A stretch of 64,000 nucleotides of DNA from Eubacteriales bacterium. GTDB lineage: Bacteria > Bacillota > Clostridia > Lachnospirales > Lachnospiraceae. The stretch lies in the NCBI GenBank assembly GCA_030525875.1, contig JAUNDV010000007.1:1766-65765 (forward strand), in the 5' to 3' direction. The translations under genes were made by a program, and so were the position numbers. Position 1 is the stretch's first letter. Each line of letters opens with the position of its first letter. Below, in pieces: positions 17,294 through 30,410 of this stretch. Below the pieces are notes generated by a model. That model saw only the letters and a program-made list of their open reading frames with translations, was not told where the DNA came from and searched no databases.

Positions 17294-18487
17294 TTACTCA
17301 ACGATCTCTGTAACTCTTCCTGAACCTACTGTACGTCCACCCTCACGGATAGCGAAACGAAGTCCCTTCTCCATAGCTACTGGGTGAATAAGCTCAACTG
17401 TCATCTCAACGTTGTCACCAGGCATGCACATCTCTGTTCCCTCTGGAAGGTCACACTGTCCTGTAACGTCTGTTGTTCTGAAGTAGAACTGAGGTCTGTA
17501 CTTGTTGAAGAATGGTGTATGACGACCACCCTCATCCTTTGTTAATACGTAAACCTGAGCCTTGAACTTGCTGTGGCAAGTAACTGAACCTGGCTTACAG
17601 AGAACCTGTCCTCTCTGGATCTGATCTCTTGTTACACCACGAAGAAGTGCACCGATGTTATCACCAGCCTGAGCCTCATCAAGAAGCTTACGGAACATCT
17701 CGATACCTGTAACAACAGTCTTCTTTGTCTCCTCTGTGATACCAACGATTTCAACTTCGTCATTGAGGTGAAGAACACCACGCTCAACTCTACCAGTTGC
17801 AACTGTTCCACGACCTGTGATTGTGAATACGTCCTCTACAGGCATAAGGAATGGCTTATCTGTCTCACGCTCTGGATCTGGGATGTAGCTATCTACAGCA
17901 TCCATAAGCTCAAGAATCTTGTCTCCCCACTCTGATGAAGGATCCTCAAGAGCCTTAAGAGCTGATCCCTGGATAACTGGTGTGTCATCACCTGGGAACT
18001 CGTACTCTGTAAGAAGGTCTCTGATCTCCATCTCAACGAGCTCAAGAAGCTCTGGATCGTCAACCATATCACACTTGTTCATGAATACAACGATGTAAGG
18101 AACGCCTACCTGACGTGCAAGAAGGATATGCTCTCTTGTCTGAGCCATAACTCCGTCTGTAGCAGCAACAACAAGGATAGCACCATCCATCTGAGCTGCA
18201 CCTGTGATCATGTTCTTAACGTAGTCAGCATGGCCTGGGCAGTCAACGTGAGCATAGTGTCTCTTGTTTGACTCGTACTCAACGTGTGCAGAAGAAATAG
18301 TAATTCCTCTTTCTCTCTCCTCTGGAGCCTTATCAATGTTCTCGAATGCAACAGCAGCACCTGTACCAAGTCTCTCATGAAGAGTCTTTGTAATAGCAGC
18401 TGTTAATGTTGTCTTACCATGGTCAACGTGGCCGATTGTACCAATGTTGGCATGTGGTTTTGTTCTGTTAAATTTCTCCTTAGCCAT
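17294..18487 (-). CDS. tuf: Elongation factor Tu
   Basis: 397 aa. Unmistakable EF-Tu sequence ([26 protein letters not shown]). Confidence 0.99.
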   Translation of the reverse strand: MAKEKFNRTKPHANIGTIGHVDHGKTTLTAAITKTLHERLGTGAAVAFENIDKAPEERERGITISSAHVEYESNKRHYAHVDCPGHADYVKNMITGAAQMDGAILVVAATDGVMAQTREHILLARQVGVPYIVVFMNKCDMVDDPELLELVEMEIRDLLTEYEFPGDDTPVIQGSALKALEDPSSEWGDKILELMDAVDSYIPDPERETDKPFLMPVEDVFTITGRGTVATGRVERGVLHLNDEVEIVGITEETKKTVVTGIEMFRKLLDEAQAGDNIGALLRGVTRDQIQRGQVLCKPGSVTCHSKFKAQVYVLTKDEGGRHTPFFNKYRPQFYFRTTDVTGQCDLPEGTEMCMPGDNVEMTVELIHPVAMEKGLRFAIREGGRTVGSGRVTEIVE

Positions 18488-18550
18488 TATAGCTTTCCTC
18501 CTTAGAAAAATCCTTGTTTATCTTAGATGAATGATATAAAAACTTTTTAC

Positions 18551-18579
18551 ATTATACGGTATAAGTCTTTATTTTTCAA
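18551..18579 (-). promoter_or_regulatory. Candidate internal promoter for tuf in the fusA-tuf spacer
   Basis: Minus strand reads TTGAAA (18574-18579), a 17-nt spacer, then TATAAT (18551-18556). Immediately preceded by the hairpin AAGTGTTTTGGG-TGAAA-CCCAAAACACTT (18578-18607). Confidence 0.55.
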
Positions 18580-18674
18580 GTGTTTTGGGCTTTCACCCAA
18601 AACACTTAATCATGTCTATACTAATATATCTGCTGTTATTTTACAACAGAATATTTTATGAAGTTATAAGGCAA

Positions 18675-20792
18675 TTACTTACCCTTCTTCTCATTGATAA
18701 CCTTCTCCTGAACTGACTTTGGAACTGGCTCATAATGATCGAAGAACATTGAGTAGTTTCCACGTCCCTGTGTCTTAGAACGAAGGTCTGTTGAGTATCC
18801 GAACATCTCTGCAAGTGGAACATAAGATCTAACGATCTTTCCGCCGCCAAGATCATCCATACCCTCGATACGACCACGACGTGAGTTGATATCACCGATA
18901 ACATCTCCCATGTAGTCCTCTGGCATAGTAACGTCAACCTTCATGATAGGCTCAAGAAGAGTAGCTCCGCCCTTAGCCATAGCATCCTTAAGAGCAAGTG
19001 ATCCAGAAATGTGGAATGCCATCTCAGATGAGTCAACCTCATGATATGATCCATCGTAACAGTTAGCTGAGATACCAAGTACTGGGAATCCGCCAAGAGG
19101 GCCTGCCTTCATAGCTTCCTGGATACCTGCATCAATAGCTGGGATGTACTCCTTAGGAATAGCTCCACCAACTACTGTAGACTCGAACTTGTATGTCTCC
19201 TCACCGTTTGCATCCATAGGAGCAAACTTAACCTTACAATGTCCATACTGTCCCTTACCACCTGACTGCTTGATGTACTTAGACTCAACATCAACAGCCT
19301 TTGTAAGAGTTTCCTTATATGCAACCTGAGGTGCACCAACGTTTGCCTCAATGTTGAACTCACGAAGAAGTCTGTCAACAATGATCTCAAGGTGAAGCTC
19401 ACCCATACCAGAGATGATTGTCTGTCCTGTCTCCTGATCTGTCTTTGCACGGAATGTTGGATCCTCTTCTGCAAGCTTTGCAAGTGCCTCACCAAGCTTA
19501 CCCTGAGAAGCCTTTGACTTAGGCTCGATAGCTACGTCAATAACTGGCTCTGGGAATTCCATTGACTCAAGGATAACTGGATGCTGCTCATCACAGATTG
19601 TATCACCTGTACCTGTGAACTTAAATCCAACAGCTGCAGCGATATCTCCTGAATAGCACTTGTCAATTTCCTGACGCTTGTTAGCGTGCATCTGAAGGAT
19701 ACGACCAACTCTCTCCTTCTTCTTCTTGGTAGCATTTAATACATATGATCCAGAATTAACTGTACCTGAGTACACTCTGAAGTATGCAAGCTTACCAACG
19801 AATGGGTCTGTCATAATCTTGAATGCAAGAGCTGAGAATGGCTCTTCATCAGATGAATGACGAACTACTTCATTTCCTTCCTCATCTACTCCATCGATAG
19901 GTGGAATATCAATTGGTGATGGCATGAAGTCGATAACTGCATCAAGAAGCTTCTGTACACCTCTGTTTCTGTAAGCTGATCCACAGCATACAGGAATAGC
20001 TGTACACTCGCAGCATCCCTTACGAAGGGCTGCCTTAAGCTGCTCCATTGATGGCTCTTCTCCCTCGAGGTACATCATCATAAGCTCATCATCAAGCTCT
20101 GATATCTTCTCAACGAGCTCAGCACGATAAAGCTCAGCATCGTCTGCCATATCCTCTGGGATATCTGTAATAGAAATATCATCACCCTTATCATCATTGT
20201 AGATGTAAGCCTTCATCTCGAAAAGATCGATGATTCCCTTGAAAGAATCCTCACTTCCGATTGGAAGCTGTGTAATGATAGCGTTCTTACCAAGTCTTGT
20301 ACGGATCTGCTCTACAGCTCCGAAGAAGTTTGCACCAAGGATATCCATCTTATTGATGAATGCCATACGTGGTACATTGTAGGTATCAGCCTGTCTCCAA
20401 ACGTTCTCTGACTGTGGCTCAACTCCGCCCTTAGCACAGAATACTCCGATTGCACCATCAAGTACACGAAGTGAACGCTCAACCTCTACTGTGAAGTCAA
20501 CGTGGCCCGGTGTATCGATAATGTTGATACGATGCTCGAGCTGTGTTGGATCAGCCTTTCCTTCCTTCTGCTTTGTCCAGTGGCAAGTTGTTGCCGCTGA
20601 TGTGATAGTAATACCACGCTCCTGCTCCTGCTCCATCCAGTCCATGGTTGCAGTTCCTTCATGTGTATTACCGATTTTATAGTTAATACCTGTGTAATAA
20701 AGAATACGCTCAGATAATGTAGTCTTACCTGCATCGATATGAGCCATGATTCCGATATTACGGGTTCTCTCTAATGGATACTGTCTTCCCAT
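18675..20792 (-). CDS. fusA: Elongation factor G
   Basis: 705 aa. Has [17 protein letters not shown] and NKMD motifs and all EF-G domains. Confidence 0.99.
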   Translation of the reverse strand: MGRQYPLERTRNIGIMAHIDAGKTTLSERILYYTGINYKIGNTHEGTATMDWMEQEQERGITITSAATTCHWTKQKEGKADPTQLEHRINIIDTPGHVDFTVEVERSLRVLDGAIGVFCAKGGVEPQSENVWRQADTYNVPRMAFINKMDILGANFFGAVEQIRTRLGKNAIITQLPIGSEDSFKGIIDLFEMKAYIYNDDKGDDISITDIPEDMADDAELYRAELVEKISELDDELMMMYLEGEEPSMEQLKAALRKGCCECTAIPVCCGSAYRNRGVQKLLDAVIDFMPSPIDIPPIDGVDEEGNEVVRHSSDEEPFSALAFKIMTDPFVGKLAYFRVYSGTVNSGSYVLNATKKKKERVGRILQMHANKRQEIDKCYSGDIAAAVGFKFTGTGDTICDEQHPVILESMEFPEPVIDVAIEPKSKASQGKLGEALAKLAEEDPTFRAKTDQETGQTIISGMGELHLEIIVDRLLREFNIEANVGAPQVAYKETLTKAVDVESKYIKQSGGKGQYGHCKVKFAPMDANGEETYKFESTVVGGAIPKEYIPAIDAGIQEAMKAGPLGGFPVLGISANCYDGSYHEVDSSEMAFHISGSLALKDAMAKGGATLLEPIMKVDVTMPEDYMGDVIGDINSRRGRIEGMDDLGGGKIVRSYVPLAEMFGYSTDLRSKTQGRGNYSMFFDHYEPVPKSVQEKVINEKKGK

Positions 20793-20813
20793 TTATTTCC
20801 TCCTTGCAGGCAA

Positions 20814-21284
20814 TTAGAAACGATAATGAGCAAATGCCTTGTTAGCCTCTGCCATCTTATGCATTTCTTCCTTCTTCTTTACAGATGCTCCTGTGTTGTT
20901 AGCTGCATCCATAATCTCGTTTGCAAGTCTGTCTATCTGGGTCTTCTCGCCTCTCTTACGTGAGTAAGTTGTTATCCAACGAAGTCCAAGAGCCTGTCTT
21001 CTCTCTGGCTTAACCTCGATTGGTACCTGGTATGTAGCTCCGCCGATACGCTTAGCCTTAACCTCAAGTACAGGCATGATGTTATTCATAGCTTCCTCGA
21101 AGACCTCAAGTGCATCTCTTCCTGTCTTTTCCTTAACAGTATCGAACGCACCGTAAACAATCTTCTGTGCAACTCCACGCTTACCATCAAGCATGATCTG
21201 ATTGATAAGCTTGGTAACTACCTTGTTACCATAAATTGGATCTGCCAGTACGTCTCTCTTTTGAGTATGTCCTTTACGTGGCAC
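20814..21284 (-). CDS. rpsG: 30S ribosomal protein S7 (GTG start)
   Basis: 156 aa typical S7. The start codon reads GTG and is preceded by AAGGAGGGAAG. Confidence 0.98.
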   Translation of the reverse strand: MPRKGHTQKRDVLADPIYGNKVVTKLINQIMLDGKRGVAQKIVYGAFDTVKEKTGRDALEVFEEAMNNIMPVLEVKAKRIGGATYQVPIEVKPERRQALGLRWITTYSRKRGEKTQIDRLANEIMDAANNTGASVKKKEEMHKMAEANKAFAHYRF

Positions 21285-21420
21285 TATACTTCCCTCCTTA
21301 ATTATTTTTACATTAGATCATAGGTACTCTCAGAATGTGAGACTAATATGTATTTATTCAACCATATCAATATCACTAATCCGAATGTGAATACTTAGAG
21401 TTATTAGTAATTAACTTTAA

Positions 21421-21843
21421 TTACTTCTTTCCCGCCTTAGGTCTCTTAGCTCCGTACTTAGAACGAGCCTGCTTACGGTTTGCAACACCTGCTGTATCAA
21501 GTGTTCCTCTGATGATGTGGTAACGTGTACCAGGAAGATCCTTTACACGGCCTCCACGGATAAGTACAACGCTATGCTCCTGAAGGTTGTGTCCCTCTCC
21601 TGGAATGTAGCTTGTTACTTCGATACCGTTTGAAAGACGAACTCTGGCAATCTTACGAAGTGCTGAGTTAGGCTTCTTAGGTGTAGCTGTCTTAACAGCT
21701 GTACAAACACCTCTCTTCTGTGGAGCAGAATCATTTGTTGCTCTCTTCTGAAGTGAGTTAAATCCCTTCTGAAGTGCAGGTGCTGTTGATTTCTTAACTA
21801 AAGACTGTCTTCCTTTTCTAACCAGCTGGTTAAATGTTGGCAT
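21421..21843 (-). CDS. rpsL: 30S ribosomal protein S12
   Basis: 140 aa. [12 protein letters not shown]...[10 protein letters not shown] is the S12 signature. Confidence 0.98.
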   Translation of the reverse strand: MPTFNQLVRKGRQSLVKKSTAPALQKGFNSLQKRATNDSAPQKRGVCTAVKTATPKKPNSALRKIARVRLSNGIEVTSYIPGEGHNLQEHSVVLIRGGRVKDLPGTRYHIIRGTLDTAGVANRKQARSKYGAKRPKAGKK

Positions 21844-21940
21844 TCTTTTTTCACCTCCTCTGATATTGATTGGTTGTTAAAAACTCTTCCGCTATTTCAT
21901 AAATAGCAATATGACGCATGCCGAAAGCACGCGCCATATT

Positions 21941-21969
21941 ATTGTATTATTACATCTTGAAGTTGTCAA
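21941..21969 (-). promoter_or_regulatory. Candidate str-operon promoter
   Basis: Minus strand reads TTGACA (21964-21969), a 17-nt spacer, then TACAAT (21941-21946). A leader hairpin follows: ATGGCGCGTGC-TTTCG-GCATGCGTCAT. Confidence 0.6.
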
Positions 21970-21994
21970 TAGCTTTTATCTAAATTTTAAACTT

Positions 21995-24900
21995 TTAAAC
22001 CTCTGTTCCGATCTCAGCATTTGCCTCAGCTTCAGCTGTATCATCTTCAAGATCTATCATCATCTCGTCATTGAATTCGAAGTCAGCATCTGTAGAAAGC
22101 TTTATGTCTCCATACTGCTTCATACCGGTTCCTGCTGGAATGAGCTTACCGATGATAACATTTTCCTTGAGTCCGTTAAGGCGGTCAACCTTACCATTTA
22201 TGGCAGCCTCTGTAAGAACCTTGGTTGTCTCCTGGAATGATGCAGCTGAAAGGAATGAATCTGTTGCAAGTGATGCCTTGGTAATACCAAGCATTACTGC
22301 CTTGCCCTCTGCCGGCTTCTTTCCTTCCTTGATGAGGTTCTCATTGATCTCATTGAAATCGAGAACATCTACTGAAATTCCTGGAAGAAGATCTGAATCT
22401 CCAGCCTCTTCGACCTTAACCTTCTTAAGCATCTGTCTAACGATCATCTCGATATGCTTATCGTTGATTTCAACACCCTGAAGTCTGTATACTCTCTGTA
22501 CTTCTCTGAGCATGTAATCCTGAACTGCTCTTACACCCTTGATGCGGAGAAGATCATGTGGGTTTACTGAACCTTCAGTGATCTCGTCTCCGGCCTCGAT
22601 AACGTCTCCGTCATGAACCTTGATTCTTGATCCGTAAGGGATAAGGTAGGTCTTTGAGTTGCCTGTCTTATCATCAGTTACTGTGATCTCACGCTTCTTC
22701 TTTGTATCCTTGTAAATTACAGTTCCAGGGATCTCTGAAATAATAGCAAGTCCCTTTGGCTTACGTGCCTCGAAAAGCTCCTCGACTCTAGGAAGACCCT
22801 GTGTAATATCCTGGTTAGTAGCAACACCACCTGTATGGAAGTTACGCATTGTAAGCTGTGTACCCGGCTCACCGATTGACTGTGCAGCTACGATACCAAC
22901 TGCTTCTCCAACCTGTACAGGAGCTGTAGTAGCCATGTTTGCTCCATAACATTTTGCACATACACCGATCTTTGACTTACATGAAAGCACTGTACGGATC
23001 TTAACTGAGTCACGTCCCATCTTCTCAAGAGCCTTCATTACCTTAGCAGCTATCTTTGCTGTGCACATACGGTTTGCCTTAACTACGATTTCCTTAGTCT
23101 CAGGATCAATTATGGTTTCAGCAATATATCTGCCTGTAAGTCTCTCTTCAAGTGACTCAATATTTTCATGTCCGTCCTTGAATGCCTTGATCTCCATGTA
23201 TGGAATCTCATCCTTACCCTCACAGCAGTCATTTTCTCTGATGATCATATCCTGTGATACGTCTACAAGACGTCTTGTAAGGTAACCTGAGTCGGCTGTT
23301 CTAAGTGCTGTATCTGAAAGTCCCTTTCTTGCTCCGTGAGCTGAAATGAAGTACTCAAGGATATCCAGACCTTCACGGAAGTTTGACTTGATAGGAAGTT
23401 CGATTGTATGACCTGTTGTATCAGCCATGAGTCCACGCATACCAGCAAGCTGTTTGATCTGCTTGTCAGATCCTCGAGCTCCTGAATCCGCCATCATCTT
23501 AAGGTTATTGTATGCTCCAAGTCCTGAGAGCAGTTCCTTTGTAAGCTTATCATCTGTAGCCTTCCAGGTCTCTATAACCTCTTTATATCTCTCTTCCTCG
23601 GTGATAAGACCTCTTGCCTTATCTCTTGCTATACGGTCTACTGTCTTCTGGGCCTGATCAATAAGCTCCTGCTTATTTTCAGGAACAACCATGTCAGAAA
23701 TAGATACTGTCATGGCAGCTCTTGTAGAGAACTTATATCCGATTGCCTTGATATTATCAAGTGTAATAGCAGTCTGTGTTGCACCATGAATGCTCATTAC
23801 CTTCTCAAGGATCTTCTTAAGCTCGCCCTTCTTAACAAGGAAGTCAACCTCAGGAACGAGTTCATTTCCTTCCTTTGTTCTGTCTACAAAGCCAAGGTCC
23901 TGAGGAATGATCTCATTGAATATGAGACGTCCAACAGTTGTCTCTATGATTCCTGTCTTCTCTGTGCCATCCTCAAGTGTTCTTGTAACTCTTGTCTTTA
24001 CTCTTGAATGAAGAGTTACTGCCTTGTTCTCATAAGCAAGTATTGCCTCATTTATGCTCTTAAATACAGAGCCTTCTCCCTTAGCACCAGGTCTTTCCTG
24101 TGTAAGGTAGTAGATTCCAAGTACCATATCCTGTGAAGGAACGGCAACAACTCCACCATCTGATGGCTTAAGGAGGTTGTTAGGTGAAAGAAGCATAAAG
24201 CGGCACTCAGCCTGGGCCTCTATTGAAAGTGGAAGGTGGACAGCCATCTGGTCTCCATCGAAGTCGGCGTTGAACGCTGTACATACAAGTGGATGAAGCT
24301 TGATAGCCTTTCCTTCTACAAGTATAGGCTCAAATGCCTGAATTCCAAGTCTGTGAAGTGTAGGGGCACGGTTAAGCATAACTGGATGCTCCTTGATTAC
24401 GTCCTCAAGTACATCCCATACTCCTGACTCCATTCTCTCTACCATTCTCTTGGCAGCCTTGATATTGTGTGCTGTTCCGTTCTGTACAAGCTCCTTCATT
24501 ACAAATGGCTTGAAGAGCTCAATTGCCATTTCCTTAGGAAGTCCACACTGGTAAATCTTAAGTTCAGGTCCTACTACGATAACAGAACGTCCTGAATAGT
24601 CAACTCGCTTTCCAAGCAGGTTCTGACGGAAACGTCCCTGTTTTCCCTTGAGCATGTCTGAAAGAGACTTTAACGCACGGTTTCCAGGTCCTGTTACTGG
24701 TCTTCCTCTTCTTCCATTATCTATAAGTGCATCAACAGCTTCCTGAAGCATACGCTTCTCGTTTCTTACGATGATCTCAGGAGCTCCAAGCTCGAGAAGT
24801 CTCTCAAGTCTGTTATTTCTGTTGATGATTCTTCTATAAAGGTCATTAAGGTCAGAAGTTGCAAATCTTCCACCATCAAGCTGCACCATAGGTCTGATAT

Positions 24901-25630
24901 CTGGAGGAATAACTGGAATAACAGTCATAATCATCCATTCAGGCTTATTTCCTGAAAGTCTGAATGCCTCTACTACCTCAAGGCGCTTAACTATTCTTGC
25001 TCTCTTCTGTCCTGAAGCAGTCTTAAGCTCTGTCTTAAGCTCCTCTGACTCCTTCTCAAGATCTATAGCCTTTAAAAGCTCAAGTACAGCCTCTGCTCCC
25101 ATTCCTACACGGAATGCACCATATCCGTACTTCTCAATTTCTTCTCTGTATTCCTTCTCTGAAAGTACCTGCTTATACTGAAGAGCTGTATCTCCTGCAT
25201 CTAATACTATGTATGAAGCAAAATAAAGTACCTTCTCAAGAATACGTGGAGATATATCAAGGATAAGTCCCATTCTTGATGGGATACCCTTGAAATACCA
25301 AATGTGAGAAACCGGAGCTGCAAGCTTGATATGTCCAAGACGCTCTCTTCTTACAGATGATTTTGTAACCTCTACTCCACAGCGGTCACAAACTACACCC
25401 TTGAATCTTATTTTCTTATATTTTCCACAATGACATTCCCAGTCCTTTGTTGGTCCGAAAATTCTCTCACAGAACAATCCGTCCTTCTCTGGCTTTAAAG
25501 TTCTGTAGTTGATTGTCTCTGGCTTTTTTACTTCGCCATGAGACCATTCCAGGATCTTCTCAGGAGATGCAAGGCCTATCTTTATTGCATCAAATGTCAT
25601 TGGCTCATATGTATCCTGCACTTGTGGCAT
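21995..25630 (-). CDS. rpoC: DNA-directed RNA polymerase subunit beta'
   Basis: 1211 aa. Has the NADFDGD catalytic motif, a zinc-binding CHCGKY...CDRCG segment, and full-length similarity to RpoC. Confidence 0.99.
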   Translation of the reverse strand: MPQVQDTYEPMTFDAIKIGLASPEKILEWSHGEVKKPETINYRTLKPEKDGLFCERIFGPTKDWECHCGKYKKIRFKGVVCDRCGVEVTKSSVRRERLGHIKLAAPVSHIWYFKGIPSRMGLILDISPRILEKVLYFASYIVLDAGDTALQYKQVLSEKEYREEIEKYGYGAFRVGMGAEAVLELLKAIDLEKESEELKTELKTASGQKRARIVKRLEVVEAFRLSGNKPEWMIMTVIPVIPPDIRPMVQLDGGRFATSDLNDLYRRIINRNNRLERLLELGAPEIIVRNEKRMLQEAVDALIDNGRRGRPVTGPGNRALKSLSDMLKGKQGRFRQNLLGKRVDYSGRSVIVVGPELKIYQCGLPKEMAIELFKPFVMKELVQNGTAHNIKAAKRMVERMESGVWDVLEDVIKEHPVMLNRAPTLHRLGIQAFEPILVEGKAIKLHPLVCTAFNADFDGDQMAVHLPLSIEAQAECRFMLLSPNNLLKPSDGGVVAVPSQDMVLGIYYLTQERPGAKGEGSVFKSINEAILAYENKAVTLHSRVKTRVTRTLEDGTEKTGIIETTVGRLIFNEIIPQDLGFVDRTKEGNELVPEVDFLVKKGELKKILEKVMSIHGATQTAITLDNIKAIGYKFSTRAAMTVSISDMVVPENKQELIDQAQKTVDRIARDKARGLITEEERYKEVIETWKATDDKLTKELLSGLGAYNNLKMMADSGARGSDKQIKQLAGMRGLMADTTGHTIELPIKSNFREGLDILEYFISAHGARKGLSDTALRTADSGYLTRRLVDVSQDMIIRENDCCEGKDEIPYMEIKAFKDGHENIESLEERLTGRYIAETIIDPETKEIVVKANRMCTAKIAAKVMKALEKMGRDSVKIRTVLSCKSKIGVCAKCYGANMATTAPVQVGEAVGIVAAQSIGEPGTQLTMRNFHTGGVATNQDITQGLPRVEELFEARKPKGLAIISEIPGTVIYKDTKKKREITVTDDKTGNSKTYLIPYGSRIKVHDGDVIEAGDEITEGSVNPHDLLRIKGVRAVQDYMLREVQRVYRLQGVEINDKHIEMIVRQMLKKVKVEEAGDSDLLPGISVDVLDFNEINENLIKEGKKPAEGKAVMLGITKASLATDSFLSAASFQETTKVLTEAAINGKVDRLNGLKENVIIGKLIPAGTGMKQYGDIKLSTDADFEFNDEMMIDLEDDTAEAEANAEIGTEV

Positions 25631-25647
25631 AGTTTCCTGTTCCTCCC

Positions 25648-28600
25648 TTATTCTTCAAAACTGAGTGAATCGTCGTCAAAAGCAAGCTCTTCTTCAAATG
25701 CAGCATCATCTTCTACATCTGCTGCCTCATCCTCAAGCTCTCCCTGATCATTGAACGCCTGCTTTGTGTAGCCAAGCTTATCAAAGCTCTCCTCACGATC
25801 CTCTCTATAGCTTCTGTCTCCCTCGAGAAGTCTGTGAAGATTCATATCTGCATCATCAAGATTCTCCTTGAGTTCAACCTCTGTTCCGTCATCCTTAAGT
25901 ACTCTTACGTCAAGAGCAAGTGACTGAAGCTCCTTTAACAATACCTTGAATGACTCTGGAATTCCAGGCTTTGGAATATTTTCACCCTTGATGATTGCCT
26001 CGTAGGTCTTAACTCTTCCGATGACATCATCAGACTTCATGGTAAGGATTTCCTGAAGTGTATAAGCTGCGCCATACGCCTCGAGTGCCCAAACCTCCAT
26101 CTCTCCAAATCTCTGTCCACCGAACTGAGCTTTACCTCCAAGAGGCTGCTGGGTTACAAGTGAGTAAGGACCTGTTGAACGGGCGTGGATCTTATCATCT
26201 ACAAGGTGATGAAGCTTGAGGTAATGCATGTGACCTATAGCTACTGGTGAATCAAAATATTCTCCTGTACGTCCGTCACGGAGTCTTACCTTACCATCTC
26301 TGCTAAGAGGTACTCCTCTCCAAAGCTCTCTATTTTCAAGATGTGTTCCAAGATACTCAAGTGCATCCGGCTTAAGCACATCCTTATACTTAGCTTCGAA
26401 CTCTTCCCAGCTTCCATTTACATAGTCATTTGCCATCTCAAGGCAATCCTGGATATCTCTCTCGTTAGCACCCTCAAATATAGGTGTTGAAACGTTGAAT
26501 CCAAGTGCTCTTGCAGCAAGGCTTAAATGAAGCTCAAGGACCTGTCCTATGTTCATTCGTGAAGGAACTCCAAGTGGGTTAAGTACGATATCAAGCGGTC
26601 TTCCGTTTGGAAGGTATGGCATATCCTCTACAGGAAGTACTCTTGAAACTACACCCTTGTTTCCATGACGTCCAGCCATCTTATCGCCGACGCCGATCTT
26701 ACGCTTCTGCGCAATATATATTCTTACAGATTCGCTTACACCAGGTGAAAGCTCGTCTGAATTCTCTCTTGTAAATACCTTTGCATCTACAACTATTCCA
26801 TATGCTCCGTGAGGAACCTTAAGTGAGGTATCTCTTACCTCTCTTGCCTTCTCACCGAAGATAGCTCTAAGGAGTCTCTCCTCAGGTGTGAGCTCTGTCT
26901 CTCCCTTAGGAGTAACCTTTCCTACAAGGATATCACCAGTTCTTACCTCAGCACCAACTCTGATTATTCCTCTGTCGTCAAGATCCTTAAGTGCATCATC
27001 ACCAACTCCCGGAACATCTCTTGTTATTTCCTCAGGTCCGAGCTTGGTATCTCTTGCTTCGCACTCATACTCCTCGATATGTACTGAAGTATATACATCC
27101 TCCTGTACAAGTCTTTCTGAAAGAAGAACAGCATCCTCGTAGTTATAACCTTCCCATGTCATGAATCCAATAAGAGGGTTCTTACCAAGAGCAAGCTCTC
27201 CCTGTGAAGTTGAAGGACCGTCTGCAATAATGTCGCCCTTCTTAACTACATCTCCTGCAAATACTATAGGTCTCTGGTTGTAGCAGTTTGACTGGTTAGA
27301 ACGCATGAACTTTGTAAGCTTATAAACATCTGTTCCGTTGTCAGTCTTGACCTCTATACGGTTTGATGAAACAACACTTACAACTCCGTCATTTTTAGCA
27401 ATAACACATACGCCTGAGTCTCTCGCTACCTTGTCATCTATACCTGTTCCGATTACAGCTGCCTCTGTCTTAAGAAGAGGAACTGCCTGACGCTGCATGT
27501 TTGATCCCATGAGGGCACGTGTAGGGTCATCGTTCTCAAGGAAAGGTATCATAGATGTAGCAACTGAAAGAAGCATCTTAGGAGATACGTCCATTAAATC
27601 GATATCTTCCTTCTCAAAGCTTGTTGTCTCCTCACGGAAACGTCCTGAGATATGCTTGTTAAGGAAATGTCCCTCTTCGTCAAGAGGCTCATTTGCCTGT
27701 GCAACACGGAAGTTATCCTCTTCGTCAGCTGTAAGATATACGATATCTTCTGTAACGATTGGATTGTGTATATCTGTCTTATCCACGACTCTGTAAGGAG
27801 CCTCGATAAATCCATATTCATTAATTCTTGCATATGATGCAAGTGAGTTGATAAGACCGATGTTAGGTCCTTCAGGTGTCTCGATAGGACACATACGGCC
27901 GTAATGTGTATAGTGAACGTCTCGAACCTCGAATCCGGCACGATCTCTTGAAAGTCCTCCAGGTCCAAGTGCTGATAAACGTCTCTTGTGTGTAAGCTCT
28001 GAAAGAGGGTTGTTCTGATCCATAAACTGTGAAAGCTGTGATGAACCAAAGAACTCCTTAACAGCAGCTGTTACTGGCTTGATATTGATAAGTGACTGTG
28101 GTGTTATGTCATCTATATCCTGGGTTGACATACGCTCACGTACAACTCTCTCCATTCTTGAAAGTCCGATTCTGTACTGGTTCTGTAAGAGTTCTCCTAC
28201 AGCACGGATACGACGGTTTCCAAGGTGGTCGATATCATCAGCATTTCCTATATTTTCCTCAAGGTGCATATTATAGTTGATAGATGCAAGTATATCCTCT
28301 CTTGTAATATGCTTAGGAATAAGCTCATGTATATTCTTTCTGATGGCTGTCTTAAGTGCCTCAGTGTCGTTTGTATCTACTTCATCAAGGATGGCCTTGA
28401 GCACCGGATAGTATACAAGCTCGTTGATATCAAGCTCAGCAGGATCAAATGAAACATACTCTGCAAGGTCAACCATAAGGTTTGTAAGAACCTTAACATT
28501 TCTTCCGTCAGCATTTTCAGCATCTGCTCTTCCCTTAACGATAACTGCGCTCACTCCGGCATTCTGGATCTTGTCGCATAATTCTCTTGAAAGAGTCTGT

Positions 28601-29532
28601 CCTGCCTCTGCAAGGATCTCTCCTGTATTCTCATCAACTACATCCTCTGCGAGGATCTTGCCCTCTACTCTGTTCTTAAGAGCAAGCTTCTTGTTGAACT
28701 TATAACGTCCAACCTTTGCAAGGTCATATCTTCTTGCATCGAAGAACATGCTGTTGAGAAGGCTCTGCGCAGAATCCACTGACAATGGCTCTCCCGGTCT
28801 TATCTTCTTGTAAAGCTCAAGGAGTCCGTCCTGATATGTATCAGAGGTGTCTTTTGCAAATGTATCGATCAGTTTCGGTTCTTCTCCAAACAGCTCAAGA
28901 ATCTCTCTGTTTGTTCCTATACCAAGTGCACGTATAAGTACTGTAACAGGAACCTTACGTGTTCTGTCTACTCTGACCCAGAAAATATTGTTTGAGTCAG
29001 TTTCATACTCAAGCCAGGCTCCTCTGTTAGGAATAACTGTACTTGAGAACAGTTCCTTACCGATCTTGTCATGTCCAATTTCATAGTAAATACCAGGGCT
29101 TCTTACCAGCTGTGATACAATAACTCGCTCTGCACCATTGATAACGAATGATCCAGTATCGGTCATAAGTGGAAGATCACCCATGAAAATCTCGTGCTCG
29201 TTGATTTCATCCTTATCTTTGTTGATAAGTCTTACTTTCGCCTTAAGAGGAGCAGCATATGTAGCGTCTCTTTCCTTGCACTCTTCAATATTGTACTTGG
29301 CTTCATCTCTGCAGAGAGTAAAATCCACGAATTCCAGGCTCAGATGACCTGCAAAATCCGCGATCGGTGAGATATCATCAAATACTTCCTTTAATCCGTC
29401 ACTAAGGAACCAGTTATAGGAATTTTTCTGAATCTCGATCAAATTGGGCATTTCCAGAACCTGTTTCTGTTCTGAGAAGCTCATTCTTATGCCTTTTCCG
29501 GCTGTAACCGAATGCATCCTGCTCTTGTCCAT
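25648..29532 (-). CDS. rpoB: DNA-directed RNA polymerase subunit beta
   Basis: Full-length RpoB with an acidic C-terminal tail. I chose the start at MDKSRMHS (AGGTGGAG lies 7 nt upstream). The alternative MSMDKS start is two codons earlier. The track ORF start at 29583 is probably spurious. Confidence 0.97.
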   Translation of the reverse strand: MDKSRMHSVTAGKGIRMSFSEQKQVLEMPNLIEIQKNSYNWFLSDGLKEVFDDISPIADFAGHLSLEFVDFTLCRDEAKYNIEECKERDATYAAPLKAKVRLINKDKDEINEHEIFMGDLPLMTDTGSFVINGAERVIVSQLVRSPGIYYEIGHDKIGKELFSSTVIPNRGAWLEYETDSNNIFWVRVDRTRKVPVTVLIRALGIGTNREILELFGEEPKLIDTFAKDTSDTYQDGLLELYKKIRPGEPLSVDSAQSLLNSMFFDARRYDLAKVGRYKFNKKLALKNRVEGKILAEDVVDENTGEILAEAGQTLSRELCDKIQNAGVSAVIVKGRADAENADGRNVKVLTNLMVDLAEYVSFDPAELDINELVYYPVLKAILDEVDTNDTEALKTAIRKNIHELIPKHITREDILASINYNMHLEENIGNADDIDHLGNRRIRAVGELLQNQYRIGLSRMERVVRERMSTQDIDDITPQSLINIKPVTAAVKEFFGSSQLSQFMDQNNPLSELTHKRRLSALGPGGLSRDRAGFEVRDVHYTHYGRMCPIETPEGPNIGLINSLASYARINEYGFIEAPYRVVDKTDIHNPIVTEDIVYLTADEEDNFRVAQANEPLDEEGHFLNKHISGRFREETTSFEKEDIDLMDVSPKMLLSVATSMIPFLENDDPTRALMGSNMQRQAVPLLKTEAAVIGTGIDDKVARDSGVCVIAKNDGVVSVVSSNRIEVKTDNGTDVYKLTKFMRSNQSNCYNQRPIVFAGDVVKKGDIIADGPSTSQGELALGKNPLIGFMTWEGYNYEDAVLLSERLVQEDVYTSVHIEEYECEARDTKLGPEEITRDVPGVGDDALKDLDDRGIIRVGAEVRTGDILVGKVTPKGETELTPEERLLRAIFGEKAREVRDTSLKVPHGAYGIVVDAKVFTRENSDELSPGVSESVRIYIAQKRKIGVGDKMAGRHGNKGVVSRVLPVEDMPYLPNGRPLDIVLNPLGVPSRMNIGQVLELHLSLAARALGFNVSTPIFEGANERDIQDCLEMANDYVNGSWEEFEAKYKDVLKPDALEYLGTHLENRELWRGVPLSRDGKVRLRDGRTGEYFDSPVAIGHMHYLKLHHLVDDKIHARSTGPYSLVTQQPLGGKAQFGGQRFGEMEVWALEAYGAAYTLQEILTMKSDDVIGRVKTYEAIIKGENIPKPGIPESFKVLLKELQSLALDVRVLKDDGTEVELKENLDDADMNLHRLLEGDRSYREDREESFDKLGYTKQAFNDQGELEDEAADVEDDAAFEEELAFDDDSLSFEE

Positions 29533-29689
29533 TGACATTCTCCACCTCTGTTTCTTTATTTTTTGCATAAAATTGCATTGCATTTAATCTACACTTGTTA
29601 TAAAATATATAGGCATTAAAGCCCACGATGCCATAATAATGCAACTTTTAAGATAACATAAGTCTGTCAAGGTGTCAAGCATATTTATC

Positions 29690-29718
29690 TTGATTTTATA
29701 ATAATCTAATGATATACT
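29690..29718 (+). promoter_or_regulatory. Candidate promoter of the 158-aa membrane-anchored protein gene
   Basis: TTGATT (29690-29695), a 17-nt spacer, then TATACT (29713-29718). Confidence 0.45.
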
Positions 29719-29750
29719 ATTGTTAATTATGCTCTGGAGGTATATAACGC

Positions 29751-30227
29751 ATGAATATTTGGACTGTACTAACAGTTATCTTAGTTGTCCTCGTTGTAAT
29801 ACTTGGACTTCTCTATTATTTCGGAAACAAAGCTCAGCAGCGTCAGCTTGAGTCCCAGAAGTTTATCGAGGCTTCATCACAGACCGCTAATGTGCTGATT
29901 ATTGACAAGAAAAAAATGAAACTTAAGGAAGCTCCTCTTCCTAAGATGGTTTATGAGCAGTCTCCAAAGTATCTCAGATGGCAGAAGATTCCTGTTATCA
30001 AGGCCAAGATCGGACCTAGGGTTGTAAATCTTGTTGCAGATGCAAAGGTATTTAACCAGCTCCCTGTTAAGGCAGAATGCAAGGTTAAACTGAGCGGTAT
30101 CTATATCACTGAGGTCATCAAAGGCGGTATCGTAGACGAGAAGGAGCTTAAGAGACGTAAGAAGGCTAATGAGAAAGCAGCCAAGAAGGCAGCTAAGGAA
30201 GCAAAGAAAGCCGCGAAAAGCAAATAA
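29751..30227 (+). CDS. N-terminally membrane-anchored protein with a lysine/alanine-rich C-terminal tail, unknown function
   Basis: 158 aa. GGAGG lies about 10 nt upstream of the ATG. TM helix IWTVLTVILVVLVVILGLLYYF, tail KRRKKANEKAAKKAAKEAKKAAKSK. I do not recognise a family. Confidence 0.6.
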   Translation: MNIWTVLTVILVVLVVILGLLYYFGNKAQQRQLESQKFIEASSQTANVLIIDKKKMKLKEAPLPKMVYEQSPKYLRWQKIPVIKAKIGPRVVNLVADAKVFNQLPVKAECKVKLSGIYITEVIKGGIVDEKELKRRKKANEKAAKKAAKEAKKAAKSK

Positions 30228-30254
30228 TAAAATTTTAAAATAACTAAAGCAAAG

Positions 30255-30302
30255 AACTGTTGCAAAAGCAGACTGATGATCTGCCAGAGCAGCAGTTTTT
30301 TT
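30255..30302 (+). terminator. Rho-independent terminator
   Basis: AACTGTTGC...GCAGCAGTT stem with an inner GCAGA..TCTGC stem, followed by TTTTTTT. Confidence 0.7.
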
Positions 30303-30321
30303 GATATTAAATAAAATCTTG

Positions 30322-30381
30322 AGAAAATAAAAATGTGGATGCCACTTATTCTCATACAATCTGATATCTTGTGACATCCAC
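30322..30381 (-). terminator. Probable terminator of ddl
   Basis: Minus strand reads GTGGATG(T)CAC...GTG(G)CATCCAC followed by ATTTTTATTTT. The loop is large. Confidence 0.5.
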
Positions 30382-30410
30382 TTAATTTTTACAATTATTA
30401 AATTTTCTTA

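Noticed and set aside
21285-21420. Unusually long (136 nt) rpsL-rpsG spacer as a possible ncRNA or regulatory element
   Set aside because: It is AT-rich, and I could identify no convincing stable structure, promoter or conserved motif by eye. It is probably just a lineage-specific spacer.
27594-28049. 151-aa ORF, plus many 60-136-aa ORFs inside rpoB, rpoC, fusA, secDF and rfbD (for example 22071-22481, 34707-35189, 48262-48714)
   Set aside because: They are antisense or out-of-frame shadows within highly conserved genes and have no independent signals.
29877-30377. 166-aa minus-strand ORF (and the nested 30101-30355 ORF)
   Set aside because: It is antisense to the better-supported plus-strand gene 29751-30227, which has an RBS, a TM helix and a terminator. 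The ORF runs through two terminator hairpins and has low-complexity composition.
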